From Mobula hypostoma (lineage: Eukaryota): DNA of 64,000 bases. The translations under genes were made by a program, and so were the position numbers. Location of the stretch: the NCBI RefSeq assembly GCF_963921235.1, contig NC_086097.1, positions 156,986,001 through 157,050,000 on the forward strand. Direction: 5' to 3'. The notes under the pieces are model-generated. The model was not told where the DNA came from. It did no database searches and saw only the letters and a program-made list of their open reading frames with translations. Within the stretch, counting starts at the first letter, position 1; every line of letters starts with the position of its first letter. This document shows, piece by piece, positions 12,462 to 24,780 of this stretch.

Positions 12462-12640
12462 CAAAAAAATCTGCAGATGATGGAAAACTGAAATAGAAGT
12501 AGAAAATGTTGGAAGCACTCAGCACATCTGGAAACATGTGGAGAGGGAAAGAGGGTCCTAAAGAATAATCTTTGACCTGAAACATAAACTCTTTTTCATG
12601 TGTCAGGCCTACTGAGTGCTTCCAGCATTTTGTTTTTTGT
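12462..12640. mobile_element. Old palindromic PLE-terminus derivative
   Basis: Inverted arms aaaatgttggaagcactcagca and tactgagtgcttccagcatttt; tctgcagatgatgga end; degenerate gacctgaaac. Confidence 0.6.
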
Positions 12641-13027
12641 GTCAGTCAGTCAACCATTGTCCTTGGGAAACTTCCAGAGAAGAATGGCTTGGAACAGGTT
12701 GGTAAATGTTGGCTGTCCTTCACCACACTGCTGTTATTGGCAGACTCACCCACCAACCTTCACACTTACCGACCACTTCTTGCTTCAGCCAAAACCTCCA
12801 TCTCCGCAAATTTCAAGATTCCTACAACCCTGTTCAAAAAAGTTGGGGCTCCAAAATCAGTGAAGAAACTTCATCAGCACCTCATTGATTGCATTCTGAT
12901 ATAGGATTCCATATAGAGTACAGCAGTGAATACTGGTCATCCAAAAGCTTACGCTCAGGATCTGCTTACTAAACCTGATTTGATAAGGTAAAGAACAGTG
13001 CCTTTATTTCATCTGAATAGAGAACAG

Positions 13028-13465
13028 CTGAAACACAGTCAGAGCAACTCAACAGGTCAGGCAAAATATACGGATGGAAATGGACAGTTGATATTTGAGA
13101 TAAGGCTCTTCATCTGGACTCAAAGATGAAGCTTAGCTGAAGAGTCAGCCTCAAATGTAGGCTGTCCATTTCTTTCCAGGGATGGGTGGGTGTATGGAAT
13201 GCTCTACCAGGAACAGTGGTAGAGGCAGAAACATTAGGGACATTTTAAAAACAGGCACATGGATGAAAGAAAAATAGAGGGCTCCGTGGGAGGAAAGAGT
13301 TAGACTGATCTTAGGGTAGGTTAAAAGTTCGGCACAACATTGTAGGCTGATAAGCTTGTATTGTGTTGTACTGTTCTAAGTTCTATGCTGCCTGACCTGC
13401 TGAGTTCCTTCAGCTTTTTACGTGTTGCTTTTGTTCCAACATCCCCAGTCTCTGGTATCTCCAGC
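13028..13465. mobile_element. Old palindromic PLE-terminus derivative containing a CR1 3'-end insertion (about 13180-13386, +)
   Basis: Inverted arms aactcaacaggtcaggca and tgcctgacctgctgagtt; CR1 tail ggcacaacattgtaggctga...gttctaagttcta lies inside. Confidence 0.6.
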
Positions 13466-13718
13466 TACAAAGAGATAGCTGTTTACATGTATTAAACAAA
13501 TTAATTTTACTTTAATTTGTGATTATTCATGTTTTAAAATTAATATTTTGATAATTTTAGCATTGAATTGATTTTAATAGCTTCTAAATATTTAGAAATG
13601 TTGTGTATTCAATGTCCTTGAACTATTTTGACAGTAGGTCAAGCAGGGACCCTGCTTTGCCAAGCATCAAAGTTGTTCAGCCATTCCGTGGTTGAATGTT
13701 GTGTCCTGTGCAACATCA

Positions 13719-13725
<7 letters not shown>

Positions 13726-13760
<35 letters not shown>
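13726..13760. repeat. (TA)n microsatellite
   Basis: Direct reading. Confidence 0.98.
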
Positions 13761-13764
<4 letters not shown>

Positions 13765-13869
13765 GCTACAAGCAGAAGAATTGTTGTCACTGATAACAAG
13801 GATAACAAGGTCTTGGCCAAATAATTTAAAGAAAAGAAACTTGGCAGTTGGAAGGACATGCATTAAAAA

Positions 13870-14170
13870 ATTGGGACACAATAATGGATTAATAAATAAT
13901 AGACAGTAGGGGATTGCTAAATGAAAAACAGATCTGCCTAACTTAATTGAGGCTTTTGAATGAAACAGCAATGAGAATTGATGTTGTATTCACATGGACT
14001 CTCAGAAGGCAATTGATAAAATACCACAAAATAAATAGGTAGCAAAATTGAAACCCATGAGATTAAAAGCACTGTAGCAAATATTAAATTTGCTGGCAGA
14101 AAGAAGAGACTATTAATGAATAGTTTGTCAGACCAGAGGAAAATATATATTTCAGGATTTTTGGGCAATT
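13870..14170 (+). mobile_element. Ancient CR1 RT remnant
   Basis: Decayed SCLTNLIE-like and [12 protein letters not shown] sequence (ctgcctaacttaattgag; ggactctcagaaggcaattgataaaatacca). Confidence 0.55.
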
Positions 14171-14224
14171 CATGAATTGACTTTCAGGCAAAACTTAGCT
14201 CAGGAACAAAAACTGATGAGAAAT

Positions 14225-14742
14225 ATGTTAGGTATATGGTTGCATCAGAGCCTGGTATGGAACCAACAATGCCCAGGAATGGAAAGATCTACAGAAAGTG
14301 GTGAATACAGCCCAATTTATCACAGATGTTAGAGCACATTTACAAGGAGCACTACCACAAGAAAGCAGCATCTATCATCAAGGACTCCCACCATCCAGGA
14401 TGCTCTATTTTCACCGTTACTTTTGGGAAGGGGGTCCTGCACCACCACCAGGTTCAGGAACAGTTATTACCCTGGACCTATCAGGCTATCTACAACTTAC
14501 AGTCACTTTCAAGGATGCTACAAATGCATGTTCTCAGTATTATTTATTTATTTTTGTATTTTAGTTTGAAGAGTTGGTCTTCCCTTGCACATTGGTTGTT
14601 TGTCAGTCTTTATTTATGCATAGATTTTCATAAATTCCATTGTATTTCTTTATTTTCCTGTAAATGCCTGCAAAAAAAAGAAAATGAAGTTCATATATGG
14701 CGACATATATGTACTTCGATAATAAATTTACTTTGACTTTGC
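14225..14742 (+). mobile_element. Rex1/Babar-type LINE 3' region
   Basis: KKAASIIKDSHHPG motif, ggttcaggaacagtt, and aataaatttactttgactttg tail. Confidence 0.75.
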
Positions 14743-16052
14743 CTTCGGCTTTCACTTCGAGATATCTGGTAGATGAGACTGATAGAAATCCATTGCAAGT
14801 AATCCAATGTTTTGTGAGGTTGGGGAACCTCCAGTCAGTAAAAAGAAAATGAGTTTGCATATGTGTGTCAGCTTTAAAAGACGTGTATAGACTAATTTGA
14901 CAAAAGTTACCAGACCTGAAACTATCTATGGATACTTAATTTATCCATAGATTCTGTCTGACTTGTCGAATGTTTCCAGCATATTCCGTTTGATTTCAGA
15001 TTACCACATTTCTCTTTTGCACATTGGTTGTCTGTCCATCCAGTTGAATGCAGTCTTTCATTGATTCCACTATGCTTCTTGGATTTATTGTGTATGTCTG
15101 CAAGAAAGTGATCCTCAGATTGTATATAGTGACATATATGTACTTTGGTAATAAATTTACTTTGAACTTTGAATCAACTGCAGTTCTTTTTATTTTAATT
15201 TGTATCTATTGTTTGGCACAGGCAAAATATGGTAAAAGTCTTTCTTTATACTACAAAATTTTGCATGCTTGCAGTCTGAGTACTCTGAAAATATGCAAGG
15301 AAAGGACCTGAAGAATTTGAATGACTGGAAGCGGAAGGTGTGACTAGCTTCCTCAAACATCTAACATGCAGAACAGTGAACTAGATTCTAAAAATATGGA
15401 TATTTTTAAGCTTGCCTGGTAAACTGAATATATGACAAAAATCTAAAAGCAATGAAAGGTCTTTAAATTTCAATGGTCATCCCAAACACATAATTGTATT
15501 GTGATGAATTCTTCTTCAATAACATTTGAAGTAGTTAAGCTACTTATTTTGCATGGCTAAAGATCAATGGTATTTAATCTGTTAAAGTTCAAAAAACAAA
15601 TTTTCATTTTCTCCAGTTGGCTGAAAATGGATAAGTGGATCATTTCATGAGATTTTTCATAAATTAATATCATTTGGAGCTCAGTTGAGGAAGATAGGCA
15701 AAACATGTATTTCAGGAAATGTTTACCTGCAGCTATTTATAAATAGATCAAGTGACCTATCGGGGTTCTGGGAGGAGCATTAATAATGTAATAAATATTA
15801 TACAGTATAATCAATGAGTGAAGGTCACTACTTTTAAAAACTTGCATATATATACAGACTCATTTCTTTGGTCAATTAATGTGTCAGATCTGACAGAATA
15901 CTGGAGTTGTTTTGTAATCTATTTCTATAAACAGTCTAAATAATCTTAGTCTGCTATGTATAGAGTAAAACACCCTTAATTTCTGTAGCATAAAACATCT
16001 GGACTGGTTCTCTAATTGCAAAGGTAAGAGTAAAAACACAGTCATTTATTCT

Positions 16053-16393
16053 GATAGAGTTGACGTGGATAGGCTTTTTCCATTGAGAGTGGGGGAGATT
16101 CAAACAAGAGGACATGAATTGAGAGTTGGGGGCAAAAGTTTAGGGGGAACACGAGGGGGAACTTCTTTACTCAGAGAGTGGTAGCTGTGTGGAACGAGCT
16201 TCAGTAGAAGTGGTAGAGGCAGGCTCAATATTGTCATTTAAAGCAAAATTGGATAGGTATATGGACAGGAAAGGAATGGAGGGTTAAGGGCTGAGTGCAG
16301 GTCGGTGGGACTAGGTGAGAGTAAACATTCAGCACGGACTAGAAGGGCCGTGATGGCCTGTTTCCATGCTGTAATTGTTATATGGTTATATGA
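16053..16393 (+). mobile_element. CR1 LINE 3' end
   Basis: NFFTQRVVAVWNEL-type coding end and 3' hairpin/tail gaagggccgtgatggcctgtttccatgctg...tatatggttatatg. Confidence 0.85.
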
Positions 16394-16879
16394 TTAGCCT
16401 TAGAAATGCTACTACCTATCATTAAGTGCCGGCCATGCTGTTGCAAATAAGTTTTTCATTGCATTTGTGCATATGACAATAAACTCAACTTTGACTTTGA
16501 CTCTGAGATAGAGACAACCTTTGAAATACAAATGTACACAAGGTTCTGAATGACTTTAGGTAAAGAAAAATGTGATTTCATTCTTGGCTTCTTTATAATG
16601 TACATATAGCTGTTCCTTATTAATTCGTATTAAGATTATCACTAAAGTTAAATTCTCATTGAAGTTGTCATTGCAAATCGGTAAACATGTAGTTATTCAC
16701 CTTAATTTGAAGAAAAGAGAAAAAGAATGTGTAACATATTTAAATGGCAAAGAACACAAATGTTGGTGTAAGAGAAGATTTTGGTATGCAGGTTCATGAG
16801 ATGCAGAAAATAAGCATGAGGGCTACTGAATTAAAATGTTACAACAGTATGATTATTTGTATAACATTAGCTTAGAGGC

Positions 16880-17420
16880 AGAACACAGAATAGTAATGGA
16901 GAAAGGGTCAGCGCTGGACCATTGCTTTTTTCTGAAATAAGTAAAAAGTGCTTCATCAGCACCCATGTAAGGAGACAATTGATAGTTCTGCATGAAGAAT
17001 CTTTGTCAGAACTCGGAAAGAAAGAAAAAGAAAGTTAGTTTTAAGTTTCTGAGAAGTTGAGGGGAGGGGTAGATAGAAAAAAAAGAAAATATGTGTGATA
17101 GGATGAGGCAAAGATTTCAGGAGGAATATATTGTAGACGTTCTGCAGTATAATAGATTAATGGAAGCAATCAGAGAATGATAATACAGACAAAGAACAGT
17201 AATGTGTTGCAAATAGCTGTGATTTGAAACATGCCCAGCAGGTCAAGCTGTAATAATGAAGAGAGGGAAAACTAATCCAAATGCCAGAGATGGATTGCTC
17301 CTGACTGAAATGGGCAGTGTTTAGGCAGAGAATGTGAATTACCTGAACTAGGAGAATTCAATATTAAGCTGAAAAGTCCACAACTTGCCCAGATGGAAGA
17401 TGATGTGCTGTTCCTCAATC
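16880..17420 (-). mobile_element. Degenerate Penelope-like element 3' region
   Basis: Purine-rich pLTR-like stretch; ggagaattcaatatt...gatgtgctgttcctc resembles the reverse PLE C-terminus seen at 33220-33300. Confidence 0.5.
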
Positions 17421-17421
17421 T

Positions 17422-17782
17422 TAGAAGCATAGAAACATAGAAAATAGGTGCAGGAGTAGGCCATTCGGCCCTTCGAGCCTGCACTGACATTCAGTACGAT
17501 CATGGCTAATTATCCAACTCAGAACCCTGTACCTGCCTTCTCTCCATTCCCCCTGATCCCTTTAGCCACAAGGGCCATATCTAACTCCCTCTTAAATATA
17601 GCCAATGAACTGGCCTCAACTGTTTCCTGTGGCAGAGAATTCCATAGATTCACCACTCTCTGTGTGAAGAAGTTTTTCCCCATCTTATTCTCAAACTGTG
17701 ACCCCTCGTTCTGGACTTCCCAACATTGGGAACAACCTTCCTGCATCTAGCCTGTCCAATCCCTTTAGAATTTTATACGGAT
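17422..17782 (-). mobile_element. Young CR1 3' end (same family as 3070-5161 and 39487-40277)
   Basis: Near-identical to 3071-3450; KNFFTQRVVNLWNSLPQETVEASSL; short internal deletion near 17680. Confidence 0.92.
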
Positions 17783-17929
17783 TTTATAATCTTGCACTGG
17801 TTGTCATGAAAATGTGCAGGAGACCACAAACAGATCAACGTGGCAGTGGGATGCAGTATTTTCTGTTTCTAATATTTACCGCTTATACGTTTGTATTTAA
17901 TACATCAATTTTTGGTTTCATTTACAGTC

Positions 17930-18434
17930 TTTTTTTTCAATCTTTTTATTAATTTCAGCATCATAAACATTACAGAAAATAGATACAGAGAAATAGGGAT
18001 TACATTATTGATAAGTAGTTTATACAAGTATGAGCTCAATTGACACATAATTAATGGGCCTCCCAAAATCTCAAAAAGTATAAATATAATATAGGAAAAT
18101 ATAAAGTGAAAAATAAAAATATCACAAAAAAAGAAAAAAATTTATAACCCAAAAGAAAAAAAATCTAACCCAACTAGAAGAAAACTAAACTAAAGAAAAA
18201 AAAGAAAAAGAATGGGCTATTATGATACCTCGGATAAGACCATTAGTGTTGTTAATTCTGCTCCTCTCCCCGTATATGGAGTAACAAAATAGAATTGGAA
18301 AGGGTCAAATTACATCATATGAAAGTATTGAATAAATAGTCTCCAAATCTCTTCAAATTTAATAAAAGGGTCATAAATGACGCTTCTAATTTTTTCTAAA
18401 TTTAAGCAAGACATACTTTGAGAAAACCATTGAG
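17930..18434 (-). mobile_element. L1-clade LINE 3' end with poly(A) and TSD
   Basis: The minus frame reads QWFSQSMSCLNLEKIRSVIYDPFIKFEEIWRLFIQYF (L1 ORF2 C-terminus type); AATAAA plus an A-tract; TSD tttacagtcttttttt at 17921 and 18435. Confidence 0.82.
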
Positions 18435-18974
18435 TTTACAGTCTTTTTTTATGCTTGCTAAGGGACAAAATAGCTGAAGAGAGATATTTAGAGTGCCATT
18501 TCCAAATTTGTGGGTGATACAAGGCTAGGAAATGCATTAAACAGAAAAGAAAAGAAAAATAAACTGGGTCTTAAGCTATTAGAAATGGAAGCCAAATGTA
18601 AAATAAAATTAAATAAAAATAGGAGTAAAGTGGTACACTTTTGCGGAATGAATGTTGCAGAACAGTCTAGACTAAATGCACAGTTCTAAATGATATGTAG
18701 AGACCTGGGTTCACATGCAAAATCTTTGTAAGTATAAGACTATGCCAAAAGAAAGATTTATAGGACAATAAGGTTCATAAAGGAGTGCCTAGAAGACAAA
18801 AGCATACAGTTGTATTCAAATCGTACAAAACACTGGTTAATGTATAATAGTCCAATTCAGGTCACTATATTTAAGGACAATGTAATAAATCTAATTATGG
18901 TGCAGAAAAGATTTACTGCAGGGCTTCCAGATGTGAAACATTTCAGCTGTGTTATTAGACAGGAGAAGCTAAAG

Positions 18975-19009
<35 letters not shown>
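18975..19009. repeat. (CA)n microsatellite
   Basis: Direct reading. Confidence 0.95.
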
Positions 19010-19011
<2 letters not shown>

Positions 19012-19019
19012 TTATTCTC

Positions 19020-19605
19020 ATTAGCCTTAGGAATGCTACCTGTAATTTGCTAAGTACCTGTCTTCTTTACCATCCTATGACCTTGTACAGCCACTTTCAG
19101 GGAATTTAGTCATGGACCCCAATGTCACTCTGCACATCAACACCTTTAAGAGTCTTGCCATTAACAGTGCAGTGTCTCTTTAGACTTGATCTCCCAAAGT
19201 GCAATACTTCACTTTTGCCTGGATTAAACTCCATCTACCATTTCTCCGCCCATATTACCAGCTGATTTATCTCTCACAATATTCTTCGCCAGTCTTCTGT
19301 GCTTTGCACAACACCATCAATCACTGTATTTTCTGCAAACTTACCAACCCACCGATTTACATTTTCATCCAGGTCATTTATATATATCACAAACAGCAGA
19401 GGTTGGAGTACTGATCCCTGCGGAACACCACTAGTCACAGATTTCCAGCCAGGATAGACGTCTTCAGCTGACATCCTCTGTCTTCAATGGACAAGCTAAT
19501 TCTGAATCCAAAAGACAAATTCACCATGGATTCCATGCATCTTAATGAGCGTTCCATGAGGGACTTTGACAAACACCTACTAAAATCCATGTACACAACA
19601 CCCTG
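19020..19605 (-). mobile_element. CR1 RT fragment
   Basis: WKSVTSGVPQGSVLQPLLFVIYINDLD...KFAENT and VVYMDFS. Confidence 0.85.
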
Positions 19606-19634
19606 ACTGTCCTTAATGAGGCCATGATTTTCCA

Positions 19635-20685
19635 ATTGACATTTCAGGTCAAAACCCACAGCAGGATTAAGAGCAAAGAGGATAAAGAATTGAAGGAGTA
19701 TGGTGAGACAGGAACCCATAAGTGATTGGTGGACTGAGAAAGAATAAATGATAATGGAGAGATGGGGAGTCTGTGAGGGAATAGGGTGGTGGGACTGGGA
19801 TACTTGGGCAGGTGAATGATAGGTTAATGGATGCAAACAATAAAGAAGGATAGGTGAAGATAGGTGGGGGGAGGAGAAAGTGAAGATGGAGACAGCGAGG
19901 AGGGTGATAAGTGGGAACACAAAGGCTACGAGAACTGGAATGTGATAAACATGGAAGGTAATAATGTGAGTTATTAGGAGAGCAGTGAAGACAAGAGATA
20001 CACAGAGGTGAAAAGAACTAGAAAGCAGAAGGGGGTGGAAATGAGTGCTGGGAGCATGGAGGGGTGGGTTATGGGAAAGGGGATAAAAACGGATGTGGAT
20101 GTGGATTGGAAGGGGGCAGGATGAGTAACACAAAAGATGAAAGTTATCAGAAATTGGAAAATTGTGTTCATACCATTGAGCTGTAGGCTACCCAGGCAAA
20201 ATATGTGGTGGTGATCCTCTAGCTTGTGTTAGGCCTGACCTTAGCAGTGGAGAGTTCAGTGAGGGGTCAGGAAGGGGATTTGCAACCAGGAGCTCAAGAG
20301 GCTATTGTGTGCAAGGAGCAGTAGATCACCTTCGAAGTTCCAATGAAGAGGATGCTATATTGGGGCACCAAATGCAGTTAATGAAGTGGAGGAGGGGTAT
20401 GTGAACATTTGTCTTAACTGGAAAAGGTGTGCAGGTCCCTGGATGTGATGAGAGATGAGGTAGAAGAACAGTGCCGCATCCCTTGTGGCTCCAAGGGAAA
20501 GTGTCAGTGGTCAACAAGAGGTGGGTGGGGAGAGATGATAAGACAAGAGAATGGTCCCTGTGGAAGGAACAAAGGGAGGAGAAGATGTGGCTGGAGATGT
20601 GATGTTGTTACAGCTGATGGGAAATAGCAAATGATAACATTTTGGACATGAAAGCTAGTAGAGTAAATAGTGAGAACTGTTTCAT
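19635..20685 (-). mobile_element. Degenerate Penelope-like element
   Basis: The minus strand has a gggttttgacctgaaatgtcaa ribozyme-like remnant, a pyrimidine-rich pLTR and decayed GIY-YIG-region sequence (INCIWCP). Confidence 0.6.
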
Positions 20686-20964
20686 TGTCTAAGAAATATT
20701 AAAACATTGGAATAGGGCACTTGACTCCTCATGCCTATTCCAACATTCATTAAGAACACAGATGATCTTTTACCTCAGTGCTATTTTCTTGGACCAAACC
20801 AATTTTCCTAAGTTCTCTTAATATCCAAAGATCATTTAGATTAATGTGATATATGGTATAAATGCAGGTCATTTTTTACAGCAAGGGTTATGGGGCACCT
20901 CAGATCCAAAGTCTGGTTTCATAAGCAATGAGATTTAAGAAATGAAGGAAAGAATAAGAAACAT

Positions 20965-21152
20965 CAAAGTTCAAAATTCAATGTGAAATTATTATTAAAG
21001 TACCTGTATGTTACCATATACAAACCCAGGATTCATTTCCTTGTGGATATTCACAATAAATACAAAGAAACGTAATAGAATCAAGGAAAGACCCCACACA
21101 AGATAAACAAACAACCAATGTGAAGAAGACAACACAATGAACAAACACAAAA
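20965..21152 (-). mobile_element. Rex1/Babar-type LINE 3' UTR (host of the R4/Dong tandem)
   Basis: Reverse tail aaagttcaaaattcaa...tttattattaaagtac; the element continues after about 26400. Confidence 0.65.
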
Positions 21153-21167
21153 GAATAATAATGATAA

Positions 21168-22765
21168 TAATTTACTGAATCAAATGAAAAGTGAATATCA
21201 AATCAGAAAAAATGAAACAAAATTATACCTTGACACATGGATAATTTGGAATTATATACTCCTTCATCAGTAAAGCTAAAGCAATTAATTCAAGTAGTTA
21301 GAACTATTTTTGAAAGGTATAAACATGAACAATAGACTAGATGAGTGCAGAACATTAAACATAAAGAAAGGTGCAATAGAGCTTGTAGAATGTAAAACAG
21401 AGCAACAGGATACAATACAACCAATGGATGAATATGAAACATATAAGTATCTGGGATATCAACAAATAAACAAAATATATCATAGTACGATAAAGGGAAA
21501 ACTTACAGCAGAATTTACTTCAAGACTTCAGAAAATCTGCCAAACAGAGCTCAATAGTAAAACTATAACAAAGACAATAAGTATTTTCACTATATACATA
21601 TTAATATATTCTTTTGGCATAATATCTTGATCCGAAACTGATCTGGAAAATTTACAAAGAAAAATAAGGACTGAAATGACAAATTTTAGAAAACATTACA
21701 TACACTCAAACATACTTAGATTAGCACAACCTAGGACAAAAGGAGGAAGAGGAATAACAGACATAAAAAAATTTATGCAACAGTCAGGTAAGACTTCTAA
21801 GGATATACAGTATTTTCATCAGTGAAAATACAATTCAACACTTCACCTGAGCATACGCAATTCTGATAATTCCGATACACCACTAAACTTAAATGAAAAC
21901 ACAAGCCAGAAAAATTTTCTTCTGCAGTGATCATGGAATGTATGACCCTCCATGGAAGACATCCCAACAAACTGAGCAGACTAGATGTCAACAAGGAAGC
22001 ATCAAATGCCTGGCTCAGAGTTGGAGACCTCTTCTGAGAAACAGAGGGATTCGTTGTGGCAATACAGGACCAGGTAGTTAAGGAAAAGATAAACAAAAAT
22101 ATAGCATAAAAGACCAACAAATTGAAGATGATAAATGCAGAAAATGCCAAGTGAAGCCAGAAACAATCCAACGTATTACAGGATCCTGCAGCAGTTTAAA
22201 TCAATCTGAATACTTGCGCAGACACAATCAAGTGGCAAACATCATTCACCAAAATATTGTTTTAAAATACAAACTCATGAAAGAAATCATACCTTACTAT
22301 AAATACTAGTCTTGTTTTAGAGTTAGAGTCTCACAAATTATACTACAAGTGATCGTTATTACAGATAGGACAATCCATAATAACCATCCAGATGTAATAA
22401 CACAGGATAAACAAGCAAGAACAACTTACTTAATCGATATAGCCATTCCAAATACACAAAGCATACAGAAATAAATTAGTAGAAAACAACAGAAATATGC
22501 TGAATTAAAAGAGGAAATTGAAAGACTATGGAACATGAACAGAGTATACATTGTCCCAAAAGTAATATTTACAATTGGTATCATCCCAAAGTCACTACAC
22601 AATAGTATTAAACAGTTAGGATGACAGCAACATCTATGTAAATCTCCAGAAAGCCACAATACTAAACACCACTAGAAAAGTCAGAAAGTTACTTACAATT
22701 GAGGAATGATTGTGGTTGGCTATGCCCATACTTCAGGTTTTACCAGCTTGAGCTGAGGAAAAAAT
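21168..22765 (+). mobile_element. R4-clade (Dong/Rex6-like) non-LTR retrotransposon with restriction-like endonuclease, copy 1, 5'-truncated
   Basis: YKYLG; ETEGFVVAIQDQV; zinc knuckle CRKC..PETIQRITGSC; RHN; HPD..LIDIAIP; KQQKY; flanked by (AAT)n/(AAC)n. Confidence 0.85.
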
Positions 22766-22771
22766 GAAAAT

Positions 22772-22822
22772 ATAATAATAACAATAATAACAACAACAAC
22801 AACAACAACTACTACTAAATAA
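22772..22822. repeat. Compound (AAT)n/(AAC)n/(ACT)n microsatellite between the two R4-clade copies
   Basis: Direct reading. Confidence 0.9.
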
Positions 22823-23282
22823 TTTACTGAATCAAACGAGAGTAGGGTACCCCATCTGAGACAATCAAATGAGTCATACCTTGACACACCTGGACATGGA
22901 CAATTTGAAATTATGCTCTCCTTTATCAGTAAAGCTAAAGCAATTAATTCAATTAAGTAGAACTATATTTTTTAAAGATATAATGTTGAAGTTTGGACTA
23001 GATGAGTGCAAAACATTAAACATAAAGAAAGATGCAATATGGCTCGTAGAATATAAAATAGAGCAACAGGATATAATACAACCAATGGATGAAAATGAAA
23101 CATATAAGTACCTGGATTAGCAACAAGCAAATGAAATAGTTCATAGTGTGATAAAGGGAGCTTTTCAACAGAATTTACTTCAAGGCTGAAAAAAATCTGC
23201 CAAACAGAGCTCAATATTAAAAATATAACAACTGCAATAAACACTTTAGCAATACCCATATTATTATATTCTTTTGGCATAA

Positions 23283-23858
23283 ATGCACTCAAAACTTATA
23301 TAGATGTACTATGGAGAACGTTCTGACAGGATGCATCACTGTCTGGTATGGGGGGTGGGGTGGGAGGGTGGGCTACTGCACAGGACCGAAAGAAGCTGCA
23401 GAAGGTTGTAAATCTAGTCAGCTCTATCTTGGGTACTAGCCTACAAAGTACCCAGGATATCTTCAGTGAGTGGTGTCTCAGAAAGGCAGTATCCATTATT
23501 AAGGACCTCCAGCACCTAGGGCATGCCCTTTTCTCACTGTTACCATCAGGTAGGAGGCACAGAAGCCTAAAGGCACACACTCAGTGATTCAGGAACAGCT
23601 TCTTCACCTCTGCCATCCGATTCCTAAATGAACATTGAACCCTTGAACGCTACCTAACTTTTTAAAATATACAGTATTTCTGATTTTGCATGTTTTTAAT
23701 CTATTCAATATATGTATACTGAGATTTATTTATTTATTTTTTTATTATTATTTAAAAAATATATTTTTTCCCTCTATATTATGTATTGCTGCTAAGTTAA
23801 CAAATTTCACATCACATGCCAGTGAAAACAAACCTCATTCTGATTCAGATTCTGATTC
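23283..23858 (+). mobile_element. Rex1/Babar-type LINE 3' portion
   Basis: ATAQDRKKLQKVV...HALFSLLPSGRR and a (gattct)n tail; the host R4 sequence resumes at aatattttgg. Confidence 0.85.
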
Positions 23859-24673
23859 TAATATTTTGGTCCAAAACATTTCTGGAAAATTTATAAAGAA
23901 AAATAAGAACTGAAATGGCAAATTTTAGAAAACAATATGTACACTCAAATGCACTTTGATTAGCACTATCTAAGATAGAAAGATGAAGAGAAATAACAGA
24001 CATAAAAATTTACACAACAGTCAGAGGAAACTTCTAAAGATATATTTACATCAATGAAAACAGTATTCAGCACTTCACATCAGCACATGCAATTTTGATA
24101 AGTACACACTACTGAACTTAAATGAGAACATAACCCAGAAAAATGAAGAAATTATGACTGCGGAAGGAAAGGTTAACCAATAGAAGAGCATGACCCTCCA
24201 TGGAAGATGACCCATGACCTGAGCAGACTAGATGTTGACAAGGAATTGTCAAACACTTGATTCAGATTTGGACACCTCTTCCTAGAAACAGAGGGCTTCC
24301 TTGTGGCAATGCAAGACCAGGCGGTTAACAAATAAAACTATCAAAAATATATAATTAATGATCAACAAATTCAGGATGATAATTGTTGAAAAAGCTAACT
24401 GAAGCTAAAAACAATTCAACACATCACAAGATCCTGCAACAGTTTAACTCAATCTGATTACTTATGCAGGCACAATCGAGTGACAAAGATCATTCAACAA
24501 AATCCTGCTATAAAATATATTATCTCATAGATCACCATACCATGCTATAAATACAAACCCAGTCCAGCTTTAGAGTCAAAGTACTACAATTTATATTACA
24601 ATTGATCCATTATTGCAATCCATAATAAACATCCAGGTATAATATCACAGGATAAACAAGCAAGAACTTATTT

Positions 24674-24766
24674 ATTTTATTGAAGGGTTCCAGCCCGAAA
24701 CGTTGACCGATCTTTTCCATGGATGCTGCCCGACCTGCTGAGTTCCTCCAGTGTGTTGTGAGTGTT
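24674..24766 (+). mobile_element. Tiny PLE-terminus insertion carrying the 3' part of a hammerhead motif
   Basis: tgaagggttccagcccgaaacgttgac...gatgctgcccgacctgctgagtt; 8-bp TSD acttattt at 24666-24673 and 24767-24774. Confidence 0.7.
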
Positions 24767-24780
24767 ACTTATTTGATACA

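Noticed and set aside
19435..20133. 232-aa hydrophobic ORF
   Set aside because: Low-complexity translation of a pyrimidine-rich PLE terminus running into a CR1 fragment.
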